From Oscillospiraceae bacterium (lineage in GTDB: Bacteria > Bacillota > Clostridia > Oscillospirales > CAG-272): 64,000 nucleotides of DNA. The notes under the pieces are model-generated. The model had not been told where the DNA came from, did not search any database, and saw nothing but the letters and a program-made list of their open reading frames with translations. The stretch covers positions 6,975 through 70,974 of the forward strand of contig SVSN01000006.1 in NCBI GenBank assembly GCA_015064285.1, written 5' to 3'. Shown here in pieces: positions 43,036 to 51,684 of this stretch (position 1 is its first letter; each line of letters starts with the position of its first letter). Both the position numbers and the translations under genes were made by a program.

Positions 43036-44178
43036 TTATTCCTGTTCCAGCGAAATCACAATCCCGCCTGCGGTAATGCTTACCACCTCATCCACCGGCA
43101 GTTCTGCGTCAAACATCATGATACAGTGGCCGTAGTAGGGTTCCTCATGCCCATCCGTACCGCCGCCTGTGTTCAGGCCGCTGATGGAAACAGCAGACTT
43201 TTCGTTTTCATCGGCAGGACGCCATGTACCGTCTTCAAGCAGGCGGAGCAGGCCGTATTCCGCGTCTCGGATGAATTCCTGTTTATAGGTAATCACGGTT
43301 CCGTCCCGCAGGGTCACGGCAAATCCGATGGCATCATTGCCCATGATCAGAGCTTTATTCTCTGCGTCCACCTTCCAGTACACACCTATGCTCAGGGGAG
43401 ACATACGAACTTCATACACCTGTGCGGGAATCCGCACCAGATCCGCTTCCGTCCGTTCTTCCGGTAGAATGGCAGGATCCACACCAAGCAGATCACCGGT
43501 CACATCCACCGGAATCACACGGGTAAGGTCCTCATAGTTCAGGCTGAATGCCAGCGTCCATTCCCCTTCCAAAAACATGGTTTCCGCTGCGCCATTCTCT
43601 TCCCATACCCGGATTCCGCCGCATTTCACAGCATATTTGGACGCCATCACGCCGTCCCGGCTCTGAATGGACATTTTACAGGAGAAGGTTGTACTGCCGT
43701 CCGGGTTTACCGTTCTTGCCAGCTCGCCCCAGGAAGAGCCGTAGCTCGAAAGACCTTTTTCCCAGGGCAGACCGGTAGGTTCCAGCTTCAGATCCAGAGA
43801 ATAGCTGTCCTCAGGCAGTACAGTGTCCGCTCCCACGGTCAGATCCACGAACACAACGGCTGTCTGGCTGTCACCCATGATTCCCTTCAGTTCCAGATCG
43901 ATTTCCGCCCCGGAAGAGCGCTCTGCCACATTGTCCGGCATGGCGGTCATTTCGTCCAGCATGGTGTGCCCGTCCCCGAAGGCTGCTTTCAGATAGAACG
44001 AAAGATCCACCGGGGCAGCCGCATTCACCGTCACAAGCATAGCCGCAAACAGCAGCAGTGCCACCGGAAGCACAATCCATTTTCTGCGGACATGGTGCTT
44101 TTTTTCCTGGCCCGCCGCTTCCTGTATATACATATCTCCTACCTCCGTCATTGCATTTTCCAGATTTGTTTTCGTCAT
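43036..44178 (-). CDS. putative anti-sigma factor, single-pass membrane protein with ~300-aa extracytoplasmic domain
   Basis: It has a 4-nt ATGA overlap with the sigma gene. A short cytoplasmic N-terminus is followed by the TM WIVLPVALLLFAAMLVTV. Confidence 0.65.
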   Translation of the reverse strand: MTKTNLENAMTEVGDMYIQEAAGQEKKHHVRRKWIVLPVALLLFAAMLVTVNAAAPVDLSFYLKAAFGDGHTMLDEMTAMPDNVAERSSGAEIDLELKGIMGDSQTAVVFVDLTVGADTVLPEDSYSLDLKLEPTGLPWEKGLSSYGSSWGELARTVNPDGSTTFSCKMSIQSRDGVMASKYAVKCGGIRVWEENGAAETMFLEGEWTLAFSLNYEDLTRVIPVDVTGDLLGVDPAILPEERTEADLVRIPAQVYEVRMSPLSIGVYWKVDAENKALIMGNDAIGFAVTLRDGTVITYKQEFIRDAEYGLLRLLEDGTWRPADENEKSAVSISGLNTGGGTDGHEEPYYGHCIMMFDAELPVDEVVSITAGGIVISLEQE

Positions 44179-44750
44179 ACAGTGATTCCCTCCTTCTCCA
44201 GATAGCGCCGCAGCTTTGCCTTCAGCCGGTGAAGCCGCACGCTGACATGGTTTTCTGTGATCCCCAGTCTGCCGGCAATGTCCGGTATGGGGTCTTCAAA
44301 CCAGTACCGCCGAAGAAAGAGAATCCGTTCCTCTTTCTTCAGTCCCGTCAGAAATCCGTTCAGTGCCTCCCGCAGCACCGCCTCATCGGTTTCCGTTCCA
44401 TCGACCACTGCCAGTTCGTCCAGTACATCCAGCCTTCCTTCCGCCTGCATGGCATCAATGGATACCGCCTCTCCGGCATACCGTTTGACCGCTCTGGCAT
44501 CTCTGCGGCGGTGGAGCGCAATATACCGGGTAATCCGCAGGACATAAGGCAGCAGCGGATCCGGTCTGGCCGGCGGAATCCGGTTCCAGAGGGCGGCAAG
44601 GGTATCGTTCACGCATTCTCCGGCGTCTTCCGGACTCCCGGTAATCTGCACCGCAATGCTGTGGCAGAGTCTGCCGTAACGGTCCTGCAGAACCGACAGC
44701 GCCTCCTCTGAACGGGAGAACAGCATTGTGATGATGGTTTTGTCGTCCAT
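44175..44750 (-). CDS. RNA polymerase sigma-70 family (ECF-type) sigma factor
   Basis: It has region 2 (…YRLCHSIAVQITGSPEDAGECVNDT) and the region 4 HTH (IAGRLGITENHVSVRLHRLKAKL). Confidence 0.85.
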   Translation of the reverse strand: MDDKTIITMLFSRSEEALSVLQDRYGRLCHSIAVQITGSPEDAGECVNDTLAALWNRIPPARPDPLLPYVLRITRYIALHRRRDARAVKRYAGEAVSIDAMQAEGRLDVLDELAVVDGTETDEAVLREALNGFLTGLKKEERILFLRRYWFEDPIPDIAGRLGITENHVSVRLHRLKAKLRRYLEKEGITV

Positions 44751-44840
44751 AGTTTTCTCCTTATGCTTTCGAATCCGATCGTCTTCATCTGTATTCTGCC
44801 GGTTCAGTAACAGATCTTACACATTTCTGAAAAATTGCAG

Positions 44841-44880
44841 AAAAAATCCATCGAACCCCCACACAAAGGATCCGATGGAT
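44841..44880 (-). terminator. intrinsic terminator after the cohesin/dockerin gene
   Basis: ATCCATCG-22 nt-CGATGGAT with flanking A and T runs. Confidence 0.55.
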
Positions 44881-44917
44881 TTTTCTCGCATCTCAAAATA
44901 ACATACTGTTCATGCGG

Positions 44918-47677
44918 TTACTGCAGTGTAACATCCCATCCGGCAACATACTGCCGCATCAGAATTACGTCTTTACCGCTGATTGTACCGTCACCGTTTA
45001 CATCTGCAACTCTTATATCGGCTACAGCTCCTTCGATAGCAGCAACATACTGCCGCAGCAGGATCAGGTCTTTACCGGAAACAACACCATCACCGTTCAA
45101 ATCTCCGGCAATCAGAAGTTTCGTCTTAAATGTCCCGACTGTACACTCGATATCTGCTAATGTCAGATCTATACATTCTGTGCATTCAATTTTCAGCAGA
45201 TCTGCTGTTTCGGTCCATTCCGCCTTATCGGCTGCACGGAAAGTAAGACGCAGAATTTCACCAGTGGTTTCCAGTTTCTGGATGCTGTCCCAAAGAACGA
45301 TGTACGGTTTCTGATCAATGGTTTCACTCAGGGTACAATTCCCAATGATATCTGTACCTGCAGCGTTCACCAGTTCCAGTACCGTGTCATCGTATGTAAT
45401 CTCCAGTTTCAGCGCACCCAGTCCTTCTGCAGGCAGACTGTCAATACTTACGATCACATCTGCTGTCCTGCCGGCCTTGATTTCCAGATCCGAAACGGAA
45501 AGCTGCACCGAACCCTTTACGGGAATTACCACATCCACAGTATCCCTCCAGGATTTGCCATTCAGTTCACATACCGCCGTGTACCGGATCAGACCGGTTT
45601 CATCCGCTGTGGATTCTGCAATCACTTCACTGGTCACAGTACAGATTTCAGTATATCTTTCTTCACAGCCCGAACAGCAAAATTCTGCTTTGCAGGATGT
45701 ATAATCTTCTGCCCAGAAAAATTCCGGGTCGACCCATACATGTACGTGTTCCAGCTGCGCTTCCATTTCCCAGCCGCAGATTTCACACTTGATTCCATAC
45801 GCTTCTGTTGCTCCGCCTTCATGATCGGGAATATGTTCCGCTTTGTCTGCTTCCGCTTCACATCTGCCGCAGACATGCCAGTGTGCCGTTTCATCGGCTT
45901 CCCAGGCACTTCCGGGTTCATGTCCCAGCGCTTCTCCGTATTCAAAAGTTTCCGTTCCCGCTTCTCCACAGCTGCAGGATACGTAGTACTCTGCTGCTTC
46001 TGTGCAGGTCGCTTCCGTTTTCAGATACTTCGCTTCCGCTGCTTCTACGGTATAGTTGTGTTCGTGTTCCAGCTGCGCTTCCATTTCCCAGCCACAGATT
46101 TCACACTTGATTCCATACGCTTCTGTTGCTCCACCTTCATGGTCGGGAATATGTTCCGCTTTGTCTGCTTCCGCTTCACATCTGCCGCAGACATGCCAGT
46201 GTGCCGTTTCATCGGCTTCCCAGGCACTCCCGGGTTCATGTCCCAGCGCTTCTCCGTATTCAAAAGTTTCCGTTCCCGCTTCTCCGCAGCTGCAGGATAC
46301 GTAGTACTCTGCTGCTTCTGTGCAGGTCGCTTCCGTTTTCAGATACTTCGCTTCCGCTGCTTCTACGGTATAGTTGTGTACATGAATCTCTTCTTCCGAC
46401 AGTTTATAACGCAGGGTATAGTTGGTTTTTGTATTGGTATCAAAATTCGGTGTTGTGGAAAGTTCACAGTACAGATATCCGTCGTCATACCACATACCGT
46501 AAATACTGAAACCATCCCCAAAGCTATGTTCAGGCGTCCAGATGATTTCAGAAGTCCCGGAATTGACATCATAACGATACACAGACTGACTCAGATTATA
46601 GTACAGATAGTCTCCATCGCTGACCAGTCGGGCAAAGTTACCCACCCAGTAGGAGCTGCCGCCGGCTGTCCACATGTCATCCACACTGATAAGCTCCGTT
46701 CCTTCATAAGTCTTCAGCATCGCAGATGACTCATCAATGTAGTAAATCTGTCCGTTCAGCCGCTGGAATGCCGTTTCGGATCCACGCCAGAAATGATTGT
46801 CATACCGTGTATCAGAAGGAGCCGTGTTGTAGTCAGTGGCTTCGTGGCTTACTGCAAATTCTGCGGAAGAACACAGAAAATTGGTATGATTGATCCGGCC
46901 GCTGATATCCCATATGGGATCGTCCCAGGTAATGTCCACATGATAGTCAACACCATTGATCTCAACAATGTTCCAGACATGGCTCAGAGTGTCGGAATCG
47001 CAAAGAACAGAATCGATACCTACCTTATTGAGCAGATACTGATAGGTTTCCGCATACCCCTGGCAGACAGATCTTCTGTTTACCAGAACACCGTATGCCC
47101 GATAAGATTCTGCAGGAATAGAACCGTTCAGATAATTCTGATAGTCATATGCACAATGCTCCGCAATACGGTCGTGAATCAGCAGAGCTTTTTCGACATC
47201 TCCCATGGAAGATACGTTCAGCCCTTCCAGAATATCCGCCACAGCCGCATCCCAGATAATACGCTTTTCCCGATACTGAGCATCGGTCATGGTGTATTCC
47301 ACATTGATAAATGCATATGTATTTCCCGAAGAATAATAGGAAAGAGAAGTTGCCTTGGCATAGAAATACTCCGCCAGATCCACATGAATCAGATTAAAAA
47401 CAGCTTCCATATACGCATCTGTTCTGGGAATATTATAGGATGATATATCGATCTGGGTATTTCGCTTTTCCAGTTCCGCTGCTACATAGGATTTTAAGGC
47501 ATTCTTATCCAGAATTGCATCCAGATCCGCAGCATCTCTGGCGGAAATCCCCGTCATCATTGTCTCGCCGATCATGTCACAGACCAGAATATCCCCAATG
47601 GGTTCCTCAGCCTGTACGCCTGTGACTACAGCACTGCATGTGATCAGTGTTATAATCAGACAAAGCCATTTTTTCAT
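44918..47677 (-). CDS. secreted multidomain protein: transglutaminase-like cysteine protease core, duplicated Cys-rich modules, cohesin-like domain, C-terminal type I dockerin
   Basis: ATG 47677 lies behind AGGAGG. It has signal peptide MKKWLCLIITLITCSAVVTGVQA and a Cys-His-Asp core (CQGYAETYQ...SHVWNIV...DITWDD). It also has a cohesin-like ALKLEITYDDTVLELV and dockerin repeats DLNGDGVVSGKD / DVNGDGTISGKD. Confidence 0.85.
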   Translation of the reverse strand: MKKWLCLIITLITCSAVVTGVQAEEPIGDILVCDMIGETMMTGISARDAADLDAILDKNALKSYVAAELEKRNTQIDISSYNIPRTDAYMEAVFNLIHVDLAEYFYAKATSLSYYSSGNTYAFINVEYTMTDAQYREKRIIWDAAVADILEGLNVSSMGDVEKALLIHDRIAEHCAYDYQNYLNGSIPAESYRAYGVLVNRRSVCQGYAETYQYLLNKVGIDSVLCDSDTLSHVWNIVEINGVDYHVDITWDDPIWDISGRINHTNFLCSSAEFAVSHEATDYNTAPSDTRYDNHFWRGSETAFQRLNGQIYYIDESSAMLKTYEGTELISVDDMWTAGGSSYWVGNFARLVSDGDYLYYNLSQSVYRYDVNSGTSEIIWTPEHSFGDGFSIYGMWYDDGYLYCELSTTPNFDTNTKTNYTLRYKLSEEEIHVHNYTVEAAEAKYLKTEATCTEAAEYYVSCSCGEAGTETFEYGEALGHEPGSAWEADETAHWHVCGRCEAEADKAEHIPDHEGGATEAYGIKCEICGWEMEAQLEHEHNYTVEAAEAKYLKTEATCTEAAEYYVSCSCGEAGTETFEYGEALGHEPGSAWEADETAHWHVCGRCEAEADKAEHIPDHEGGATEAYGIKCEICGWEMEAQLEHVHVWVDPEFFWAEDYTSCKAEFCCSGCEERYTEICTVTSEVIAESTADETGLIRYTAVCELNGKSWRDTVDVVIPVKGSVQLSVSDLEIKAGRTADVIVSIDSLPAEGLGALKLEITYDDTVLELVNAAGTDIIGNCTLSETIDQKPYIVLWDSIQKLETTGEILRLTFRAADKAEWTETADLLKIECTECIDLTLADIECTVGTFKTKLLIAGDLNGDGVVSGKDLILLRQYVAAIEGAVADIRVADVNGDGTISGKDVILMRQYVAGWDVTLQ
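45746..46381 (-). repeat. 318-bp tandem duplication (2 copies) inside the cohesin/dockerin gene
   Basis: 45746-46063 and 46064-46381 differ at 6 of 318 positions. Five differences are synonymous (45776, 45815, 45824, 45911, 45968) and one changes the junction codon E/V (46062). Confidence 0.9.
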
Positions 47678-47766
47678 GTTGGTAGTCCTCCTGACCCATA
47701 AAAATGTCCGCAGGCTCGGTTTCTTTCGGAAACCAACTGCCCGCACATGGAAATGATACTTGAATT

Positions 47767-47795
47767 ATTGTATCACTTTCCAGTAAAAAAGTCAA
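47767..47795 (-). promoter_or_regulatory. sigma-A type promoter of the cohesin/dockerin gene
   Basis: Minus strand has TTGACT, 17 nt, TACAAT. Confidence 0.5.
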
Positions 47796-47844
47796 TCATT
47801 CCGAGCAACGAATTATTCTCTTTCATGATTATTTACCGTTTTCC

Positions 47845-47878
47845 TCAAAAAACATCGGATCCCATGAAAGGATCCGAT
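47845..47878 (-). terminator. intrinsic terminator after the SDR gene
   Basis: Minus strand has ATCGGATCC-tttcatg-GGATCCGAT (9 bp) followed by GTTTTTT. Confidence 0.7.
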
Positions 47879-47895
47879 AGAATTCTTATACTTTC

Positions 47896-48672
47896 TTACA
47901 GTCTTCTCAGCATCATGCCGCCGTCCACGTTGACCACGTCTCCGGTGGAGTACCGCATGGCACCGTTGGCCAGAGCCAGCACCGTATTGCCAAGGTCTTC
48001 CGGCTGCCCCATTCTGGCAATGGGCATCAGGCCTTCGTCGATCATCTTCTGGTACTTTTCTCTTACCCCGGCGGTCATATCGGTAGCAATAATGCCCGGA
48101 CGCACTTCATATACATTGACACCGTGGCGTGCCATCCGGTCGGCATACAGCTTCACAGCCATGGAAAGCCCTGCTTTGGAGATACAGTATTCCCCTCTGC
48201 TGATGCTGGACACTTCCGCACTGATAGAGGTAATAAACACAATCGCCCGCATGGCATCGGTTTCCACTTCCGCCATCCGTCTGGCCATCAGCTGGGTCAG
48301 GAAGAATGCCCCCCGGCAGTTGATATCCACCACCCGGTCGTAGCTTTCCTCGGTCATTTCCAGAATATCATTCCGTACAGTGGGCGCAACCCCGGCGTTG
48401 TTCACCAGAATTTCCACCGTTCCGAATCTGCCCCAGGCTTCTGCCATGATTTTTTCTCTGTCTTCTCCCACGGAAATATCCCCCTGCACATAGAAGGATT
48501 CCGGAGAAATCGCCTGCAGTTCTTGCAGGTATGCGGCTACTCTTTCGTCACAGACATCTCTGGTACCCACCGCACATACGGCATATCCGTCTTTTGCCAG
48601 CGCCATGGAAATGCCCTTCCCGATTCCACGGGCGGCTCCCGTTACGATGGCACAGCGTTTTCCGTTAAACAT
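47896..48672 (-). CDS. SDR family oxidoreductase (3-oxoacyl reductase-like)
   Basis: TGAARGIGKG Rossmann motif, NNAG, catalytic YCISK. Confidence 0.85.
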   Translation of the reverse strand: MFNGKRCAIVTGAARGIGKGISMALAKDGYAVCAVGTRDVCDERVAAYLQELQAISPESFYVQGDISVGEDREKIMAEAWGRFGTVEILVNNAGVAPTVRNDILEMTEESYDRVVDINCRGAFFLTQLMARRMAEVETDAMRAIVFITSISAEVSSISRGEYCISKAGLSMAVKLYADRMARHGVNVYEVRPGIIATDMTAGVREKYQKMIDEGLMPIARMGQPEDLGNTVLALANGAMRYSTGDVVNVDGGMMLRRL

Positions 48673-48677
48673 ACTCT

Positions 48678-49136
48678 TTACCTCGTTTCTTTGTCATCCG
48701 CCATCTGTACACCGGAAGAGGTGATGATCCGCTTCTTCGGCGTTTCTGCCGGGCAGGGCGGCTCATCAGACGGTTCCGGTTCTGTTTTTTCTGTTTTTCT
48801 GCCATCGAAAAACCGGTCTGCCGCTTCAAAAAAGGCATCCATCCGTTCTGAGATGGTATCCAGCACAGGTCTTCCCATCCCGGCACGGTTGTCGGTATAG
48901 TCAAACAGAATCAGACCGCAGTCCCGGCAGATCCATCCGTGAAAGTTTCCCCGGTGGTCACTGAACAACCCGTCACCGGTGAGCTGCACTTCTCCTTCTT
49001 CATCCGGCCGGAGAGACCAGATCTGCCGCTGTCTGTTGAAAGCGGCATACTCACTGATCTGCAGATACCCGGTATCCATTTCTCTGCCGCAGCCGGGACA
49101 CAGTCTTGTTTTCTTTTCCTCGTCCATATTATTCAC
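48678..49136 (-). CDS. zinc-ribbon domain protein (152 aa)
   Basis: It has CPGCG ... CRDCG Cys pairs and overlaps the upstream stop by 8 nt. Confidence 0.65.
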   Translation of the reverse strand: MNNMDEEKKTRLCPGCGREMDTGYLQISEYAAFNRQRQIWSLRPDEEGEVQLTGDGLFSDHRGNFHGWICRDCGLILFDYTDNRAGMGRPVLDTISERMDAFFEAADRFFDGRKTEKTEPEPSDEPPCPAETPKKRIITSSGVQMADDKETR

Positions 49137-50451
49137 TGAACAGTTCCTTATACATAGGCGTGTACACTTCTCTGTCCCGGATGGGGCAGCCGGTGGCGTG
49201 GATTTTCCGCATCATGGCGGTACACTTGGAACAGGTCAGGCATACCTTGCGGGTATCCAGCTGACCTTTTTCCAGAATATCCTTCGCGAAATCCGGATAG
49301 GCAAAGGCCATACGTCCGAATCCCGCCGCATCGGTCATACCGCTCTGTACAGCAGCAGCGGCAACCTGTGGAGCAAACTGCCGCAGGTAGCTGTAGCCGG
49401 TGCCGATCATGGTCATGCCGGGGCAGATTTTCTTCATATGCGCCGCCGCATCCAGCAGACGCTTCACACCGGTGAGCCGTTCTTCCGGAGGCTCGTACCC
49501 GCCGTTGTCGTAAGGCCGGTTCACGTGGGGATTGATATAGGGCGAACCAAGGGTCATGTCCACCAGACGGATCCCTCTGTCATAGGCACCCTTCAGCAGC
49601 ATCTCCGGTTCTTCCCAGTCAATTTTCAGATAATCTTCCCTGTCCGCGCCGAAGCCCCAGGGATAGGGCAGGCAGTCGTACAGTCCCAGACGGGAGGCCA
49701 GAATAAAGTCTTTGTCCGCCCAGACAGAAGCCGCTTCAATGGAGTCAAAGAATACTCTCGCCCGGTTTTCAAAACAGCCGCCGTAACGTCCTTCACGGTT
49801 ATACGCGGAGAGCAGTTCGCTGAACAGATATTTGTGACAGCACTTGATGTCCACCCCGTCAAAGCCGGCATCTTTCGCCAGCTTGGCGGCCTTCCCGAAG
49901 ATTTCCGGCAGGCTGTCCAGATATTCGTCCGTTACCACCGGCCAGTCGGGATCCACCATCATTTTCTCGTTCATCAGAGGATTGTGGTAGCTGATCACCG
50001 GTTCCGGCTTGTTGTGGGGTCTGGAAAACCGTCCGGAATGGGTCAGCTGCAATATCAGCGGTGTGCCGTCGGACAGTTTATGCATCCGTTCGGCCAGCGC
50101 CTTGTAGGAATCGGCATTGTTTTCGTGAATCCAGAGCTGGCCTTCGCTGGTTCTGCCTTCTTCCACCACAGTGGTGGCTTCCAGCCAGATCAGCCCCGCA
50201 CCACCGGTGGAAAAACGGTCGCAGCGGCGGATGGTCAGTTCCCCCGGTGCACCGTCGATGGTGGAGTCAAACCCTTCCATGGGATGCACGGTCAGCCGGT
50301 TTTTCAGGGTCACATTGCTGTCCCCCACCGTCACGGGAGAAGCCAGCACAGACAGGTCATCGCTCCAGGGCAGGTCAAAACCTACTGATTTTGCGGCGTC
50401 CTGCAGAGACTGAGGCGTTCTGTATGTAAACTTTTCCATCATATGCTTCAT
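49129..50451 (-). CDS. NADH:flavin oxidoreductase (Old Yellow Enzyme family) with C-terminal Cys cluster
   Basis: It has the OYE pattern (VHPMEGFDS..., LILQLTHSGRFS) and C-terminal CLTCSKCTAMM...GCP. The start may be ATG 50451, 50442 or 50439. Confidence 0.8.
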   Translation of the reverse strand: MKHMMEKFTYRTPQSLQDAAKSVGFDLPWSDDLSVLASPVTVGDSNVTLKNRLTVHPMEGFDSTIDGAPGELTIRRCDRFSTGGAGLIWLEATTVVEEGRTSEGQLWIHENNADSYKALAERMHKLSDGTPLILQLTHSGRFSRPHNKPEPVISYHNPLMNEKMMVDPDWPVVTDEYLDSLPEIFGKAAKLAKDAGFDGVDIKCCHKYLFSELLSAYNREGRYGGCFENRARVFFDSIEAASVWADKDFILASRLGLYDCLPYPWGFGADREDYLKIDWEEPEMLLKGAYDRGIRLVDMTLGSPYINPHVNRPYDNGGYEPPEERLTGVKRLLDAAAHMKKICPGMTMIGTGYSYLRQFAPQVAAAAVQSGMTDAAGFGRMAFAYPDFAKDILEKGQLDTRKVCLTCSKCTAMMRKIHATGCPIRDREVYTPMYKELFSE

Positions 50452-50471
50452 TCCTTTTCCATAAGATATAC

Positions 50472-50516
50472 TTCATGATGCGGCAGGGTGATTTACCTAC
50501 ACAGTGCACCCCACCC
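50472..50516. repeat. 45-nt direct repeat, copy 1 (proximal to the OYE gene)
   Basis: TTCATGATGCGGCAG-ggtgattta-CCTACACAgTGCACCCCACCC. Confidence 0.8.
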
Positions 50517-50598
50517 ATTTCTGCAGGCAAAACTTCGGAAAGAATTCCGGTCCCCGCAGGGGATGAAAAACGGTTGGTCCCGTTTTTCAAGGGATTCT

Positions 50599-50643
50599 TT
50601 CATGATGCGGCAGACAAACTCACCTACACAATGCACCCCACCC
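50599..50643. repeat. 45-nt direct repeat, copy 2 (abuts the dehydrogenase stop codon)
   Basis: TTCATGATGCGGCAG-acaaactca-CCTACACAaTGCACCCCACCC. It lies 127 nt from copy 1. The copies are identical except for a 9-nt central block and one further base. Confidence 0.8.
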
Positions 50644-50646
50644 GCA

Positions 50647-51657
50647 TCAGGCCATCGTTTCCAGCATTTTCAGAGTCACGTTATACTGGACAGGTCTGCC
50701 TTCATCATAGGCAAGGGCTTCTTCCGCCATGTATTCCGCCATGCGGTGTACTTCATTGCCAAGGGATCCGGCGATATGGGGTGTCAGATATACATTGGGC
50801 ATGGTGTACAGGGGAGAATCGGCCGCCGGCGGTTCCGGGAAGGTCACGTCCAGCACCGCGCACCGGGTAGGTACATCCTGCAGGGCCTTTATCATATCGG
50901 CTTCCACCACCTGTGCGCCCCGACCGGTATTGATAAAGGTGGCGTGGGGCTTCATGGTGTCAAACAGAGCAGCGTTCAGCATGCCGACAGTCTGAGGATT
51001 GTTGGCCAGATGGTTGGAGATCACATCACACTGGGCAAACAGGGTAGGCAGATCGCACTTGACAACCCCCAGCTCTGCTGCCTTATCTTCGGGCAGGAAG
51101 GGGTCAAATACCAGAATTTCCGTTTTTTCCAGCGTATGCAGCCGTTCGATCACCATCTTGCCGATCATACCGGCACCGATAATCCCCACTTTGATTTCGT
51201 AGTTTCCGGGCCACTTAGCGCTGTCGGGACGGTTGGGCCATGCATTGCCGGAACCGGGTACATGGAGTCTGCCGAAGAAACCGGTGGCTGCCAGAATGAT
51301 CTGGGCAAAGGTATATTCCGCCACGGGAACACCGTTTGCCGCCCAGGCACTGAACACAGCCACACCTTCTTCCAGAAATTCTCTGGCAAAACCCTGTACG
51401 GAACCGGCACCGTAGAATACAGCTTCTGCCGCGGGCAGTCCGGCTCTGATTTCTTCATTTGTAAAGTGTGGCATTCCCCATGTAGAGAACAGATACTGCA
51501 CAGCCCCTGCGTCCGGATGGGCCAGCAGTTCCTCTTTGGTCAGGGTTCTTCCGTCAGCAATAAAGTCATAGCGTTCCGACAGGGTCTGCAGGGTATCCCT
51601 GCTGTACACACGCTCCACACTATGCGCCAGACCTACATAAGCAGCAACTTTTTTCAT
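50647..51657 (-). CDS. D-isomer specific 2-hydroxyacid dehydrogenase family protein
   Basis: It has NAD motif GIIGAGMIGK and the C-terminal catalytic region ...NTGRGAQV...TPHIAG. Confidence 0.85.
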   Translation of the reverse strand: MKKVAAYVGLAHSVERVYSRDTLQTLSERYDFIADGRTLTKEELLAHPDAGAVQYLFSTWGMPHFTNEEIRAGLPAAEAVFYGAGSVQGFAREFLEEGVAVFSAWAANGVPVAEYTFAQIILAATGFFGRLHVPGSGNAWPNRPDSAKWPGNYEIKVGIIGAGMIGKMVIERLHTLEKTEILVFDPFLPEDKAAELGVVKCDLPTLFAQCDVISNHLANNPQTVGMLNAALFDTMKPHATFINTGRGAQVVEADMIKALQDVPTRCAVLDVTFPEPPAADSPLYTMPNVYLTPHIAGSLGNEVHRMAEYMAEEALAYDEGRPVQYNVTLKMLETMA

Positions 51658-51684
51658 AATGGCAGATCCTTTCTGTGTGCCCGG

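Noticed and set aside
44751-44840. ECF-type autoregulatory promoter (GAAC ... CGT) upstream of the sigma factor gene.
   Set aside because: The only GAAC/CGA pair is separated by 20 nt, outside the usual 16-17-nt spacing. This is not supportable by eye.
50475-50660. Plus-strand peptides MMRQGDLPTQCTPP... and MMRQTNSPTQCTPP... encoded by the two 45-nt repeats. A minus-strand frame giving GGVHCVGxxxCRIMK was also considered.
   Set aside because: There is no SD or plausible start in front of either frame. The plus frames simply run on antisense into real genes. The single substitution is silent in both strands' frames, so it does not discriminate between them. The element is treated as a non-coding repeat instead.
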